64,000 nucleotides of DNA from Macrostomum lignano (lineage: Eukaryota), in NCBI GenBank assembly GCA_002269645.1, contig NIVC01000252.1, forward strand, positions 22,789-86,788. The letters are read 5' to 3'. Positions 43,451-61,254 of the stretch are shown one piece after another. The translations under genes and the position numbers were made by a program. The notes beneath the pieces are model-generated. The model saw only the letters and a program-made list of their open reading frames with translations. It did not search any database and had not been told where the DNA came from. How positions within the stretch are numbered: position 1 is the stretch's first letter; each line of letters opens with the position of its first letter.

Positions 43451-44589
43451 ACTAAGTGGATATATAGTAGTAACTGATTTCAAATGGCATCCTTGGCTCT
43501 AAAAAATTCATAGATTTTAGAAAGGTTCTAAAAGACAAACCTATATTGAGCATAGATTGAACACCCGTGATTTCACCGATGGACAGCTGCAATAGTCGTG
43601 CATTCGATCTGGTTTGAAGAAAGCGTCCAAATTAAACAACAAGTTAGACTTGAACTTGGAGTATAAGGGGCAGAGTCGAGAAGACCCGGGACACAGGAGC
43701 AGCAACTCTGGAGATGAGACACAGATCAGGGAGAGGAAGGGGTGAAATTTTCTGTCTGTCTGTCTGGTCTCTGCTTTTTCTTCTGCTTGAGAATCTGCGG
43801 CAAGCTGCATAGCATGTCCTTGGGTTTTTACAGCAGACGGCTTTTTGAATTGACTTCTGTCAGCTCCTGCAGCTTGGGGTCTCTTAAAAGTCTCAACACC
43901 ACCCGACCGACTCCAGCAGCTCCTGCATGGCAGGGGATTATCGTCTCAGACTGCCGCCTTTTCCTCTCCCCTCGCTCCTACAAAAATCCCTATTGAAACA
44001 AGCTGCTCCTAGTAGAAATTTTTGCAGAAGACAATTCTGACTTTTGCTAAGCCAGGAAACTTAAGAGAGAACAGCTTCTAGTTTCTGGGCTCTTGTCACA
44101 CGGGGGGGGGCTTAGCCTGTCTTCCTACAGTTTCTGATTACTTTTTTATCTGTCCTAATCCACTTTGAATTGCTTCTTTTAGTCTTGAAAACTTTTCTGT
44201 CCTTTTGTACGAGTCAGAAATCTTTTTTAAAGGGCGTTAACAAGTAATGTTCGAAAGTTGAATATGATGGATCTTAATTTGATGCCCGAAGTGTCAAAGC
44301 GTGAACTAGAAATGCTGTCTTTCATTTTAGTCTTTTTAGCGACCTTTTCATTCAGATTAGGTTTTTGTTTCTTTTACTAGCATACCTTGGGTTTCAATAG
44401 TTGTCAACTTAGAGAACGTTGGATTGAAATCTGATAAAAATTAATGCATCGAATCTGTCAAATTTTGGACAATCAAATTCTTCGAGATAAAGAAAGATAA
44501 GCCTGCTCGACAAATCCGGGTATTAAAAGTAAAGTAAATGACGAGATTTAGTTAAATTTTTCTTTAGATTTAGAGGTAGAAAAGATTAA

Positions 44590-48998
<4,409 letters not shown>

Positions 48999-49282
48999 GA
49001 GCTTATAGTCTTCGAATTCACTAAGCATGTTTTCAGAGAAACTGAATCCCGTTTCCAAGTAAAATCCAGACTAATGTCAGCACTATAAGTTAAACACTGT
49101 GCCGTGTAAGTTGGCAGTAGCGGTGCTCTCACAGAAGCCCTCAAGTCTGTCCGCGACCCTCCACCGCAGCTGTTGCCATGCAGGCGTGAAAATCTTTTTT
49201 TAACCGAGAAAATTATTCAGAACTTCAGTTACTTTCTACAGCGTTGCTTCACACACACGCCATTGTCAACAGGCGCTGCCCG

Positions 49283-49756
49283 ATGACCGACTCCGATCGA
49301 GAGACACTTTTGCGAGCCCTGGACACCGGAGCTCAAGCCGGAGGCGATGTCGCACATCCCAATGCCAGCTCTGGCAACCAGATGTACTTTTACGCTACAG
49401 CACGCAGTGGTCTCAATGCCAGCTTGTTCAACGCTAACAGGTCGTCTGGTTTAGGGTCAACTGCGGCTGGAGCTTCTGCCACATCGCTGGTGTACAACGC
49501 AACCTCCTCGTTCAACGGTGCGGTTTGGACTAACGCGTCAACCAGCCCGCCACCGGCTCTAGAGGAGGAGTACCATTTCTGGGTTCTGGTGATGCTGCTG
49601 GTGCCAGCTTTGACCATATTTGGCAACATCCTGGTCGTGTTGGCAGTCTGCAGAGAGCGGAGTCTGCAGAGTGCCACAAATTATTTCATTGTATCATTGG
49701 CGTTTGCGGATATCCTGGTGGCATCCATTGTTATGCCCGTGTCTGTTATTGTTGAG
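49283..49756 (+). CDS. Dop2R: D2-like dopamine receptor, coding exon 1 (N-terminus, TM1-TM2)
   Basis: [42 protein letters not shown] (class A GN and LAxAD motifs); donor GAG|GTGAGC, phase 0. The start codon choice is uncertain. Confidence 0.88.
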
Positions 49757-49809
49757 GTGAGCGACTGGGTGCGACTGGGGTCCGATCTGAGCGCTGTCGG
49801 GCATAACAA

Positions 49810-50470
49810 GCTTAGCCCTGACACTTAGGTTTTAGTCCTGACACTTTCCGGTGTTTAGCCCTGACACTTTGGGTTTTTAGCCCTGACACTTGGGTTTTTA
49901 GCCCTGAGACTTTTGGGTTTTTAGCCCAAACACTTGGATTTTTAGCCCTGACACTCTTGGGTTTTTAGCCCTGACACTTATGGGTTTTTAGCCCTGACAC
50001 TTTTGGGTTTTTAGCCCTGACACTTTGGGTTTTAGTCCTGACACTTTCCGGTGTTTAGCCCTGACACTTGGATTTTTAGCCCTGACACTTGGGTTTTTAG
50101 CCCTGACACTTGGATTTTTAGCCCTGACACTTGGGTTTTTAGCCCTGACACTTTTGGGGTTTTTAGCCCTGAAACTTGGATTTTTAGCCCTGACACTTGG
50201 GTTTTTAGCCCTGACACTTTTGGGTTTTAGTCCTGACACTTTCTGGTGTTTAGCCCTGACACTTGGGTTTTAGCCCTGACACTTGGGTTTCAGCCCTGTT
50301 ACTTGGGTTTCAGCCCTGACACTTGGGTTTCAGCCCTGACACTTGGGTTTTAGTTCTGACACTTTCCGGTGTTTAGCCCTGACACTTGGGTTTTTAGTCC
50401 TGACACTTTTGGGTTTTTAGCCCTGACACTTTTGGAATTTTAGCCCTGACACTTTTGGGTTTTTAGCACT
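49810..50470. repeat. Intronic minisatellite, ~21-23-bp unit TTAGCCCTGACACTTGGGTTTT
   Basis: Direct tandem copies. Confidence 0.93.
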
Positions 50471-50957
50471 GACTGGTTTCTGGGTTGTGATGACAGTCCC
50501 AAAGATTTGTCAAGAAAAACAATCATATTATATAAGCGTTGAACTTCAAATTGACTGTCATAATTCGCTCAGAACGCTTCACACAGCGACTCAATGGTGG
50601 CTGCACACCACACAAAAGCTTCGTACAGATTGGTTGATTGCCAACGCGTGGTTTGAAATTGTATAGAAATTTGTTGAAATTAATCGATACTCATTTCCTT
50701 GCCAAAATACTCACAATTATAAAAAGCAGTATTGCGCTCTTTAAAATTAGTGAATTATAAGCTTCAATGACAGGCAGGAACAATTCTGCTGGTTTAAATA
50801 TTCTTGTCTGTGATCTGCCCTGCCAGTCAGTATTGAAATATTGATTTATGGCACTCTTTGGCAGCCATTTCCACTGATAAACCCGTATCTATAATACACT
50901 TCCTGCGAGTGCCTTTAGCTCTCTCCTCAACCTCTCCTTCTCACCCCTTGTCCCTCT

Positions 50958-50959
<2 letters not shown>

Positions 50960-50994
<35 letters not shown>

Positions 50995-50995
50995 C

Positions 50996-51044
<49 letters not shown>

Positions 51045-51305
51045 TCTTAATTTCTCTTATCCTTCTCCCTCTCACCCTCCTATCCTTCTCCCTCTCACCC
51101 TCCTCCCTCTCACCCTCTCTCCCTCTCTCCCTCTCTCCCTCTCCTTCTCCCTCTCACCCTCTCTCCCTCTCCCTCTCTACCTCTCCCTCTCTACCTCTCC
51201 TCCTCTCAGCCTCTCCCCCTCTCACCCTCCTCCCTCTCTCCCTCTCACCTCACCCCTCCCTCTCCCCCTCTCTTCTCTCTCCCTCTCTCCCTAGTTCTCC
51301 CTCTC
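50960..51305. repeat. (CT)n and CT-rich low-complexity tract
   Basis: Pure CT run followed by degenerate C/T-rich sequence. Confidence 0.9.
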
Positions 51306-52061
51306 ACCATCCCATCTCCGATTTCTCATTTCTCATTCTCCTCACTCACTATCCCTGGACCATCCCCATCTTAAGCTATGCTACCCTTAAAAAATCTTTA
51401 AAAATCGATACGTTCGCTAGATTAGCAATCCACACCATAAATACTCAGCTTACTCCTCTTCCTCCCTTCGAGATTCGAAGCGATTCAACTCGGAGTAATA
51501 TTCGTTTTATCCGGTCATATCGCAACCCTCCTTCCTCCCCTCCCTCTCCCTATGTGGCGATCGCTATTCCCCGGCTCCTCCCTGTAATTGACTTTGGCTA
51601 CCGCAACTAGTGGCCAGCAACCCATTGGCACCGTTGGTAGCTCTGCTCGCTGGATTTTTTAGCTTCCAAGCTATAACTGTTTATAAATATAAGTTGTACG
51701 CACGCACACACACACCATACAAGCCTTGCTTGCTCTGTGCACCCAACCCCACCAACCTCGCCATACTCTGCCCTAAAATCAATTTTGTTCCATAAAAAGC
51801 CCAGTCCTCTATGCGGCTACCGTATCCTCCCCCTACGGTCCTTAATAACTCCCCAAGCTGCACCGGCACCCCCACAAGTAGACTCAAAAATATATGCCGC
51901 CTGCGAACTCGAAGAGGGGGGCGTTGCTACCGGATTGCCGCTAACAAAACTCGTTTCCAGGACTTCTTAGCCTTGACATATTTTAGTACCTCGTACGTGT
52001 GCACGCTGTTGCTAGGTAGCCACGGGGTTTGGGGTCATTTCGAAACGGTATGCATTCGTAG

Positions 52062-52560
52062 TCTCTCCTCTCTATCCTACCATCTCTATTCTCTCCTCTC
52101 TATCCTACCTACCATCTCTAGTCTCACCTGTCTACCCTACCATCTCTTGTCTCTCCTCTCTATCCTACTTACCATCTCTAGTCTCACCTGTCTACCCTAC
52201 CATCTCTTGTCTCTCCTCTCTACCCTACCTACCATCTCTAGTCTCACCTGTCTACCCTACCACATCTAGTCTCTACTCTCTACCCTACCACCTCTAGTCT
52301 CTCCTCTCTATCCTACCACCTCTAGTCTCACCTGTCTACCCTACCATCTCTAGTCTACTCTCTAATCTACCATCTCTAGTCTCTCCTCTCTACCCTACCA
52401 TCTCTAGTATCTCCTCTGTACCCTACCACATCTAGTCTCTCCTCTCTACCCTACCACCTCTAGTCTCTCCTCTATCCTACTATCTATAGTCTCTCCTCTC
52501 TACCCTACCATCTCTAGTATCTCATCTCTATCCTACCATATCTAGTCTCTCCTCTCTAAC
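52062..52560. repeat. Degenerate minisatellite (ACCATCTCTAGTCTC.CCT.TCTACCCT)
   Basis: Repeated CATCTCTAGTCTC cores. Confidence 0.85.
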
Positions 52561-53252
52561 CCCTCTCATTTCAAGTGCGCCAGTTTCTTCCCAAGTGCTT
52601 CTCTTCTCCCCCTTAAGTCTGCAACAGCGAGTAGAAAAAGTATTTTACCCCGTCTCCCACCCTCCCCAAGAAAATTAGTAGCATTCTAAGTTTAGAAATC
52701 TGCTCTTCTCCCATCCCGGGCGAATCCTCCCATGCCGGAAGATGAATGATGTGGCCATCAGAATAGCAACTGGTTGGATTGGCTCAGCTTGAGCAAGGGA
52801 GAAGCATTCCCTCCTGATCTTCCTTTCCCCTTAGCTGTTTCTTCCCCAAGCCCATATTCTCCCAAAATGTTGGTATTGGACGCGGCGAGCTAAAGATGAG
52901 AGAGCATTTTTAAAACTAGTATAGTCATGCTAGCTGGACATGAGCACAATTAAGTAGGTATAAGCTAGGAATTCTGGAGTCGGAGCCTTCCTAGTGCCAA
53001 GTCCATGCTAAAATGTATGCATACATCTATATATATCTGTATATATAAAGTCAAACACTCTGCTCAAGAATAGTCTCTTAGAGTGTCGCTTGATTTGTTG
53101 CTATATATCAATCAATAATTTGCAACAGCTATTTTTTTAGTATTTTATAATACTCCTAGGGTGCACATTTATGCAATTCTTTTAGTGATTCTAAATAATC
53201 TTACTGTCACTCATTCATATGACTGAAAACTGGCGTCTTGAGTCCACATCGT

Positions 53253-53690
53253 GACCAGTAAACAGAACTCTACGACCAGTTAACAGAACTCTATGAGCAG
53301 AAAGCAGAACTCTATGACCAGTAAACAGAACGCTATGACCAGTAAACAGAACGCTATGATCAGTAAACAAAACGCTATGATCAGTAAACAGAACTCTTTG
53401 ATCAGTAAACAGAACGCTATGATCAGTAAACAAAACGCTATGATCAGTAAACAGAACTCTTTGATCAGTAAACAGAACGCTATGATCAGTAAACAGAACG
53501 CTATGATCAGTAAACAGAACTCTATGATCAGTAAACAGAACTCTATGATCAGTAAAAAGAACTCTATGATCAGTAAACAGAACGCTATGATCAGTAAACA
53601 GAACTCTATGACTAGAAACAGAACTCTATGACTAGAAACAGAACTCTATGACTAGAAACAGAACTCTATGACTAGAAACAGAACTCTATG
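53253..53690. repeat. Minisatellite, 21-bp unit CAGAACGCTATGATCAGTAAA ending in 20-bp variants
   Basis: Direct tandem copies. Confidence 0.93.
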
Positions 53691-54639
53691 ATTTCGCATT
53701 GCAGATAAGAAATTAAAACGAACAGATAGCATGCTGAACTCTCTTCTTTCCATCTCCCCTCTACCCCTCTCCCTTCTCCTTCCCTCCCATCTCCCTTATC
53801 CCCTCTCTCCTTTCTCCTCTCTACCCCTTCCTCTCCATCTTGAGCTTCTTATCTTCCGCCATACTCCTCTTTCTACTTGCCCTCTCCTCTCCCTCCCCAA
53901 TCTCCTAGTTATTTATCGTCACCAATTTCTAACTTTTAAGACTCCAGTCTCTTTATTCTCATTTATACTCAAATTACGAGTTTGCTCTCCTCACCTCATC
54001 CTTGCCCCTCACACCAGCGGCTTCCTGCCTCCAGCTTTCGCCACGCGAGAAGGCAAATGAAGCAATACGAGTATTAAGCAGGCAGATTTATGCCTGGCAG
54101 TTACAGAAGTTAATTTACAGTGAAATATAGCCCATTAAAGTACGAGTATTAATATAATGAGTCGCCTAAGTTTTTTTTCACCGATTCTTATCTGGGCCAG
54201 TCACGCGAAAGGATACAATTTGATTTATATATTTCTAATACTTTTCTTCAGCTAGCGATTGCTCTAGTTTTCCGTGCTTAAAAGTACAAGCAAGTCAAGA
54301 ATAGGTACCGTTTTTCTCTAAGCTGTTTATTTAGAATTTGAAAATACGCACATTTACCCTAAGCGAGTGGTTTTAAACAAACCGGTTTTTCACTTCCTGT
54401 CAGCGAGATGAGGAAAATCTGCAGTAGCCGCGCCTTTCAGCAAAGTCTTTGACTAGAAAAGAAAGTTTAACAATTCACGTTGCGGGGCTGGATGACGTTC
54501 GGGGAAAGTTGAAGGGGCTGGTGTCGTCACAGCCATGGTTGTCTTTGACTTCTGCAAGTAGCATTCTTTGCTCTTGTCACTCTGTGCGTGAGTTGCCTTC
54601 TCACTCAATGACAAATACTTTTCAATAAAGTTTGATACT

Positions 54640-55520
54640 TTCCTGTCACTCCCAAATTCATATTTTTTGTCAATCTAATTTGATACTTTCTTGTCACTCC
54701 AGTTGGATACTTTCTTGTCACTCCAGTTGGATACTTTCTTGTCACTCCAGTTGGATAATTTCTTGTCACTCCAGTTGGATACTTTCTTGCCACTCCAGTT
54801 GGATACTTTCTTGTCACTCCAGTTGGATAATTTCTTGTCACTCCAGTTGGATAATATCTTGTCACTCCAGTTGGATACTTTCTTGTCACTCCAGTTGGAT
54901 ACTTTCTTGCCACTCCAGTTTGATAATTTATTGTCACTCCAGTTGGATACTTTCTTGTCACTCCAGTTGAATACTTTCTTGTCACTCCAGTTGGATACTT
55001 TTTTTCACTCCAGTTTGATAATTTCTTGTCACTCCAGTTGGATAATTTATTGTCACTCCAGTTTGATAATTTCTTGTCACTCCAGTTGGATACTTTCTTG
55101 TCACTCCAGTTTGATAATTTCTTGTCACTCCAGTTGGATACTTTCTTGTCACTCCAGTTTGATAATTTCTTGTCACTCCAGTTGGATACTTTCTTGTCAC
55201 TCCAGTTGGATAGTTTCTTGTCACTCCAGTTAGATAATTTCTTGTCACTCCAGTTGGATAATTTCTTGTCACTCCAGTTTGATAATTTCTTGTCACTCCA
55301 GTTGGATACTTTCTTGTCACTCCAGTTTGATAATTTCTTGTCACTCCAGTTTGATAATTTCTTGTCACTCCAGTTGGATACTTTCTTGTCACTCCAGTTG
55401 GATACTTTCTTGTCACTCCAGTTTGATAATTTCTTGTCACTCCAGCTTGATAATTTCTTGTCACTCCAGTTGGATACTTTCTTGTCACTCCAGTTGGATA
55501 CTTTCTTGTCACTCCAGCTT
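54640..55520. repeat. Minisatellite, 24-bp unit TGTCACTCCAGTTGGATACTTTCT
   Basis: Direct tandem copies; source of several spurious ORFs. Confidence 0.95.
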
Positions 55521-55787
55521 TCTCCTTGGCAAGCTTTGATATTTTCTGTCACTTCGGATTCCAAGAGTATCTCTTACTTTATTCTAATAAGAATACCCTT
55601 GTCACTATCTAGAATCGTCTTGGCACTTCAGTCTGAGATGGATGGGTGAATCCATCACAAAAAATATTATATTTACACTTAAAACATTAAGCAGACTCTA
55701 TCTAAGTGGCCACATAAATTCCCCCATTTTTCTGTCGTTTAAAATCCCAATAAAATCTGCCGCTTCCCCACCCCCTTGCAAACTCAG

Positions 55788-55900
55788 GTGCGCAACGGCC
55801 ACTGGGATTTCTCTGACCTTCTGTGCGACCTGTGGATCATGTGTGACGCATTGTTCAGCACCGCCTCCATTCTTAACCTGGTCGCCATCAGCATCGACAG
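55788..55900 (+). CDS. Dop2R: D2-like dopamine receptor, exon 2 (ECL1-TM3)
   Basis: Acceptor ctcag; VRNGHWDFSDLLCDLWIMCDALFSTASILNLVAISID(R) with the aminergic Asp3.32; donor AG|GTGAGT, phase 2. Confidence 0.92.
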
Positions 55901-55939
55901 GTGAGTGGTCGGGCCATTGCGTCTGATTTGTTTTTGTAG

Positions 55940-56240
55940 TTTTAGAAATCCTTAGGGTGAGATTTTGTAGTTTTATAAATCCTTAAGGTGAGATTTTGTA
56001 GTTTTCTAAATCATTAGGGTGAGATTTTGTAGTTTTGGAAATCCTTAAGGTGAGATTTTGTAGTTTTCTAAATCATTAGGGTGAGATTTTGTAGTTTTGG
56101 AAATCCTTAGGGTGAGATTTTGTAGTTTTCTAAATCCTTAGGGTGGGATTTTGTAGTTTTAAAAGTCCTTAGGGTGAGTAGTTTTATAAACCATTAGGGT
56201 GAGGTTTTGTAGGTTTCTAAATGCTCAGGGTGAGATTTTG
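55940..56240. repeat. Minisatellite, ~31-bp unit AAATCCTTAGGGTGAGATTTTGTAGTTTTCT
   Basis: Direct tandem copies. Confidence 0.9.
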
Positions 56241-57465
56241 TCTTAAAATGAGATTCCTCCTGTGATGAGATTATATTGTACTTGTAGTTTTCGTTTCTTT
56301 ATCCGGACTGCAAAATTGTGATTTGTTTTACTTTTCCAAGAATACCGGAATGATTTTGTTGTGCCGTCCCGTCTAGCAATTTACAAGCTTCATTTTTCCC
56401 ATTGAATTCCCACAGTCCCGCATTCATGATTGACTTCCTCTCAGAAGGGAATCATTTCTGAAAACAATAAATATTAAATTTCATGTCGTCAAAACATTCT
56501 AAATAATCCTATGGGTCGGTGACCTGGTTTCCCTCTCGGGGTCTCTTTTAGAATTTTCCCCTTCGACCGGATTCTAAAAAGCTGCGCACTGAAAGAAATC
56601 GCCTTCTAACTTTTTTATTTTGCTTTTCTAAAGTTACTTTTTTATTCCCTCAAGAGTCGAGGCGCCTCTCGATCTGCGGGTCCATAGTCTGCTTTCCAGA
56701 ACTCTCTCCCCCCTTATCCCACTCTCCTTTCCCGTTAATTTGGCATTCATGAGATACTGGAGGCCATCCATTCCCCCCGAAACTCTTCGAAATCGAATAT
56801 TCCTGGGATCTTGTCGCTTCTTAGAAGCCGAACTTCCTTGGCAGTTTGTTTTAACTGTCCGGGTCAATTATCTGTCAACGAATATTTGTGCCTGTGTTTT
56901 TTTTTTAAAGTTTTCAAAAAAGACACAATCTCAAATCTGAATATGATTTGTTATGAGATTCGGATTAGCAGAAATCCCAGTTGCTATGGGCATCTCTCTG
57001 GGGAACTCGCTGCAGTTCCCGCTCTGCACTGGGGTGATGGGGTGGCAGCTGCCGAAACTCAATCAACTCGAGCTTGCATCATCCCGTTGCTAGCCAGATA
57101 TAATGAGAAAAAAATAATTTTTTCTTATAATTAAAGTCGACAGACAGAATACTGCTGAAGGGTCCTAATCCACTGCGTTGAAAAGTTTTACTGTCTCAAA
57201 AAATTGAATGTTTTTTTAATAACGAGAATTCTACCGCTTTCAACTGTCTACCGGTAGAGTTGCTATAGCCATGGACAAGAACTCAGGCATCAAGGTGCGA
57301 CAGCTGAGCAATTGTTGGCACCTAGTGTCGTGGGGGCCCGAAGCACTACTCAACTTACTTTTATTGATAAGAAGAGATTAAAATGCCCCAAATCATTCTT
57401 TTTTTAATGAGCCTGAGTCATTGTTCACTGGGAATCGATTCATTGTGGGGGTGCGTCTTTGGCGT

Positions 57466-57693
57466 GGCGCCAGCACCAGGGGCGCCAGCACCAGGGGCGC
57501 CAGCACCAGGGGCGCCAGCACCAGGGGCGCCAGCACCAGGGGCGCCAGCACCAGGGGCGCCAGCACCAGGGGCGCCAGCACCAGGGGCGCCAGCACCAGG
57601 GGCGCCAGCACCAGGGGCGCCAGCACCAGGGGCGCCAGCACCAGGGGCGCCAGCGCTAGGAGCGCCAGCACCAGGGGCGCCAGCACCAGGGGC
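57466..57693. repeat. GC-rich 15-bp tandem repeat GGGGCGCCAGCACCA
   Basis: About 14-15 near-perfect copies. Confidence 0.95.
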
Positions 57694-58109
57694 GGGATTT
57701 CGCACTCTAGACGGGGCCCAGACAAACTTTTGATGTGAAACTTGAACTTTCTACTCCCACATACTTTGGAGTCGCGAAATTATCAATCCAATTGTTGCTG
57801 GGGTGCTTGCCACTGGTGAGCCAGCTATTTTAAACTTATTTATTCGGGGAGATGTTCTTTTACGCACCAGCTAGCAACTTTGCCTGCTCAGTAAAGGTCA
57901 GTATCGGTGCAATGCTAACTTGAGTTGATATTTTGTGTTTCATTGTATAAATTTATTCTTTCTGTATTTTTTTCACACATCTCTGAGAGTTAATACACTT
58001 TTCGTCAATAATTCTTTAAGACATTCCAAAGTTCTCCGGAAGACAACTTTCTGTCTTTCTCTAATCACAATAACTAATCCCATACTCGATATTGCAGTCC
58101 ATTATCTAA

Positions 58110-59712
58110 GACAGTCCCATAATCTTTCCCTAAGACAGTCCCCTAATGCTTCCCTAAGACAGTCCCCTAATAAGACAGTCCCCTAATGCTTCCCTAAGAC
58201 AGTCCCCTAATGCTTCCCTAAGACAGTCCCCTAATGCTTCCCTAAGACAGTCCCCTAATGCTTCCCTAAGACAGTCCCCTAATGCTTCCCTAAGACAGTC
58301 CCCTAATGCTTCCCTAAGACAGTTCCCTAATGCTTCCCTAAGACAGTCCCCAATCTTTCCCTAAGACAGTTCCCTAATGCTTCCCTAAGACAGTCCCCTA
58401 ATGCTTCCCTAGGACAGTCCCCTAATGCTTCCCTAAGACAGTCCCCTAATGCTTCCCTAAGACAGTCCCCTAATGCTTCCCTAAGACAGTCCTTTAATGC
58501 TTCCCTAAGACAGTTCCCTAATGCTTCCCTAAGACAGTCCCCTAATGCTTCCCTTAGACAGTCCCCTAATGCTTCCCTAAGAAAGTCCCCTAATGCTTCC
58601 CTAAGACAGTCCCCTAATTCTTTCCTAAGACAGTCCCCTAATGCTTCCCTAAGACAGTCCCCTAATGCTTTCCTAAGACAGTCCCCTAATGCTTTCCTAA
58701 GACAGTCCCCTAATGCTTCCCAAAGACAGTTCACTAATGCTTCCCTAAGACAGTTCCCTAATGCTTCCCTAAGACAGTTCCCTAATGCTTCTCTAAGACA
58801 GTTCCCTAATGCTTCCCTAAGACAGTTCACTAATGCTTCCCTGAGACAGTTCCCTAATGCTTCCCTAAGACAGTTCCCTAATGCTTCCCTAAGACAGTTC
58901 CCTAATGCTTTCCTTAGACAGTTTCTAATGCTTCCCTAAGACAATTCCTAATGCTTCCCTAAGACAGTTCCTAATGCTTCCCTAAGACAGTTCCCTAATG
59001 CTTCCCTAAGACAGTTCCCTAATGCTTCCCTAAGACAGTTCACTAATGCTTCCCTAAGACAGTTCCCTAATGCTTCCCTAAGACAGTTCCCTAATGCTTC
59101 CCTAAGACAGTTCCCTAATGCTTCCCTAAGACAGTTCCCTAATGCTTTCCTTAGACAGTTTCTAATGCTTCCCTAAGACAATTCCTAATGCTTCCCTAAG
59201 ACAGTTCCTAATGCTTCCCTAAGACAGTCCCCTAATGATTCCCTAAGACAGTTCCTAATGCTTCCCTAAGACAGTCCCCTAATGCTTTCCTAAGACAGTC
59301 CCCTAATGCTTCCCTAAGACAGTCCCTAATGATTCCCTAAGACAGTTCCCTAATGCTTCCCTAAGACAGTTCCCTAATGCTTCCCTAAGACAGTTCCCTA
59401 ATGCTTCCCTAAGACAGTTCACTAATGCTTCCCTAAGACAGTTCCCTAATGCTTCCCTAAGACAGTTCACTAATGCTTTCCTAAGACAGTCCCCTAATGC
59501 TTCCCTAAGACAGTCCCCTAATGCTTCCCTAAGACAGTTCACTAATGCTTCCCTAAGACAGTTCCCTAATGCTTCCCTAAGACAGTTCCCTAATGCTTTC
59601 CTTAGACAGTTTCTAATGCTTCCCTAAGACAATTCCTAATGCTTCCCTAAGACAGTTCCTAATGCTTCCCTAAGACAGTTCCCTAATGCTTCCCTAAGAC
59701 AGTCCCTAATCC
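58110..59712. repeat. 24-bp satellite CCCCTAATGCTTCCCTAAGACAGT containing two CCCTAA hexamers per unit
   Basis: Direct tandem copies, period 24, running almost up to the exon 3 acceptor. Confidence 0.96.
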
Positions 59713-59749
59713 CAACAACAGTCGGCCTCCAACCCTCCCAAACCCGCAG

Positions 59750-60528
59750 GTTCATCGCGGTCACCCAGCCCATTAAGTACGCCAAGCACAGGAACTCCAA
59801 GCGAGCTCACGTGACCATCGCGGCCACCTGGCTGCTCTCTATCGGCATCGCCCTGCCGATCGGCTGCGGCCTGCAGAATCTGCAGGGCCTCCGCTATCAC
59901 GAGAAGTTCCGTCACGTTTGCACATTTTTCAATGGCGATTTTCTGATCTACTCCAGCCTGGGCAGCTTCTACATCCCCTGCCTGGTGATGCTGGTGCTGT
60001 ACTACCGCATCTTCACCGTGATCCGCAGTCGGGCTAAGAAAGTCAGCAAAGCCAACGACAAGAAGCTTCGGACTCTGTCTAACCAGCAGCAGCAGCAACC
60101 GAAAGAATGTGTCAACAATGCCAAGTCTAAAAAAATTCAAAGACCCCAGACTCTTGCCGCTCCATCAATGGCGAATGCGGCTGGCGACTGCGCCGCTTGT
60201 CAGGTGGACGGAATTTACACCGGCGAGGAGGCTGCCCCGCACACCTGCCGGCTGCCGAGCATCGACTCGCCGCAGCTGCTCACGGAGAGCCAGACCCTGG
60301 CCGGCCCGTCCAACTCCGACAACAGCGGACCTCAGAGCGGCGACAGCGGCGGCGGAGGCGGAACCAGCAACAACAAGAAGCAGCAGCCGAATCATCAGAA
60401 GCAGCAGAAGAAGCAGCCGCTGTTTCAGCAGCTCAAGTTGCGCAAGAAACCGACAGGCAGCAGCAAGGCGGAGAGGTCGGCCGCCAAAAGGGAGAAGAAG
60501 GCCACCAAGACTTTGGCGATTGTGCTGG
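59750..60528 (+). CDS. Dop2R: D2-like dopamine receptor, exon 3 (ICL2-TM4-TM5-ICL3-start of TM6)
   Basis: Acceptor ccgcag; (D)RFIAVTQPIKYAKHRNSKR resembles invertebrate Dop2R ICL2; TM5 IYSSLGSFYIP has the catechol-binding serines; KREKKATKTLAIVLG; donor G|GTGAGC, phase 1. Confidence 0.92.
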
Positions 60529-60677
60529 GTGAGCTGGGGAGGGGTGGGTCGAGTCTTACCTAATCACCGGCTGTCATAGGTGCTTTCAAGACCTGTTTTC
60601 ACCCATGACTCTCATGTCCTGACCGTCTCATCCTCACTGCCGACTGTGAGAATGTATTTTAACCATTTATTGTGACA

Positions 60678-61050
60678 TCACCTGACCCCTCTGACCCTCC
60701 TGACCACCCTGACCCCTTTGACCCCTCTGACCCTCGTGACCACAATGACCCCTCTGACCCTCGTGACCACAATGACCCTCTGACCCTCCTGACCACCCTG
60801 ACCCTTTGACCCCTCTGACCCTCGTGACCACAATGACCCCTCTGACCCTCCTGACCACAATGACCCCTCTGACCCTCCTGACCACAATGACCCTTTTTAC
60901 GCGTCTGAGTCTCCTGACCACCCTGACTCCTATGAACCCTCTGACCCCTATGACCCCTGTGATTCCTCTGAGCCTTATGACCACTATGACCCCTTTGACC
61001 CCTCTGACCCTTCTGACTACCCTGACCCTTTGAACCCTTTAACCCCTTTG
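60678..61050. repeat. Degenerate minisatellite (GACCCCTCTGACCCTCCTGACCACAAT)
   Basis: Repeated TGACC cores. Confidence 0.88.
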
Positions 61051-61254
61051 ACACTGAAGCGACTTCTGCCCTCCTTCCGTTCACTAGCCTTCTCTCTCAC
61101 CCTCTCTTCACTCTGATTGGTCCTCACCTCGTCCCTCCTCAGCCTCCCGTTCTCACTCCACCCTCCTTTTATTATTCTGGACTCAACCCCCTTAAGTTGA
61201 TGTCTTTACCAGACACCTCTGACCCCATGACCCTCTGACCCCTTTGACCCCCAG

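Noticed and set aside
54605-55649. Repeat-protein ORFs (NWSDKKLS, SLQLDTFL)
   Set aside because: A 24-bp intronic minisatellite read in several frames.
57383-57738. PGAPA/GASTR repeat ORFs open in several frames
   Set aside because: A stop-free 15-bp intronic repeat with no splice or domain support.
58327-59542. CLREALGD repeat ORFs
   Set aside because: Translations of the 24-bp satellite.
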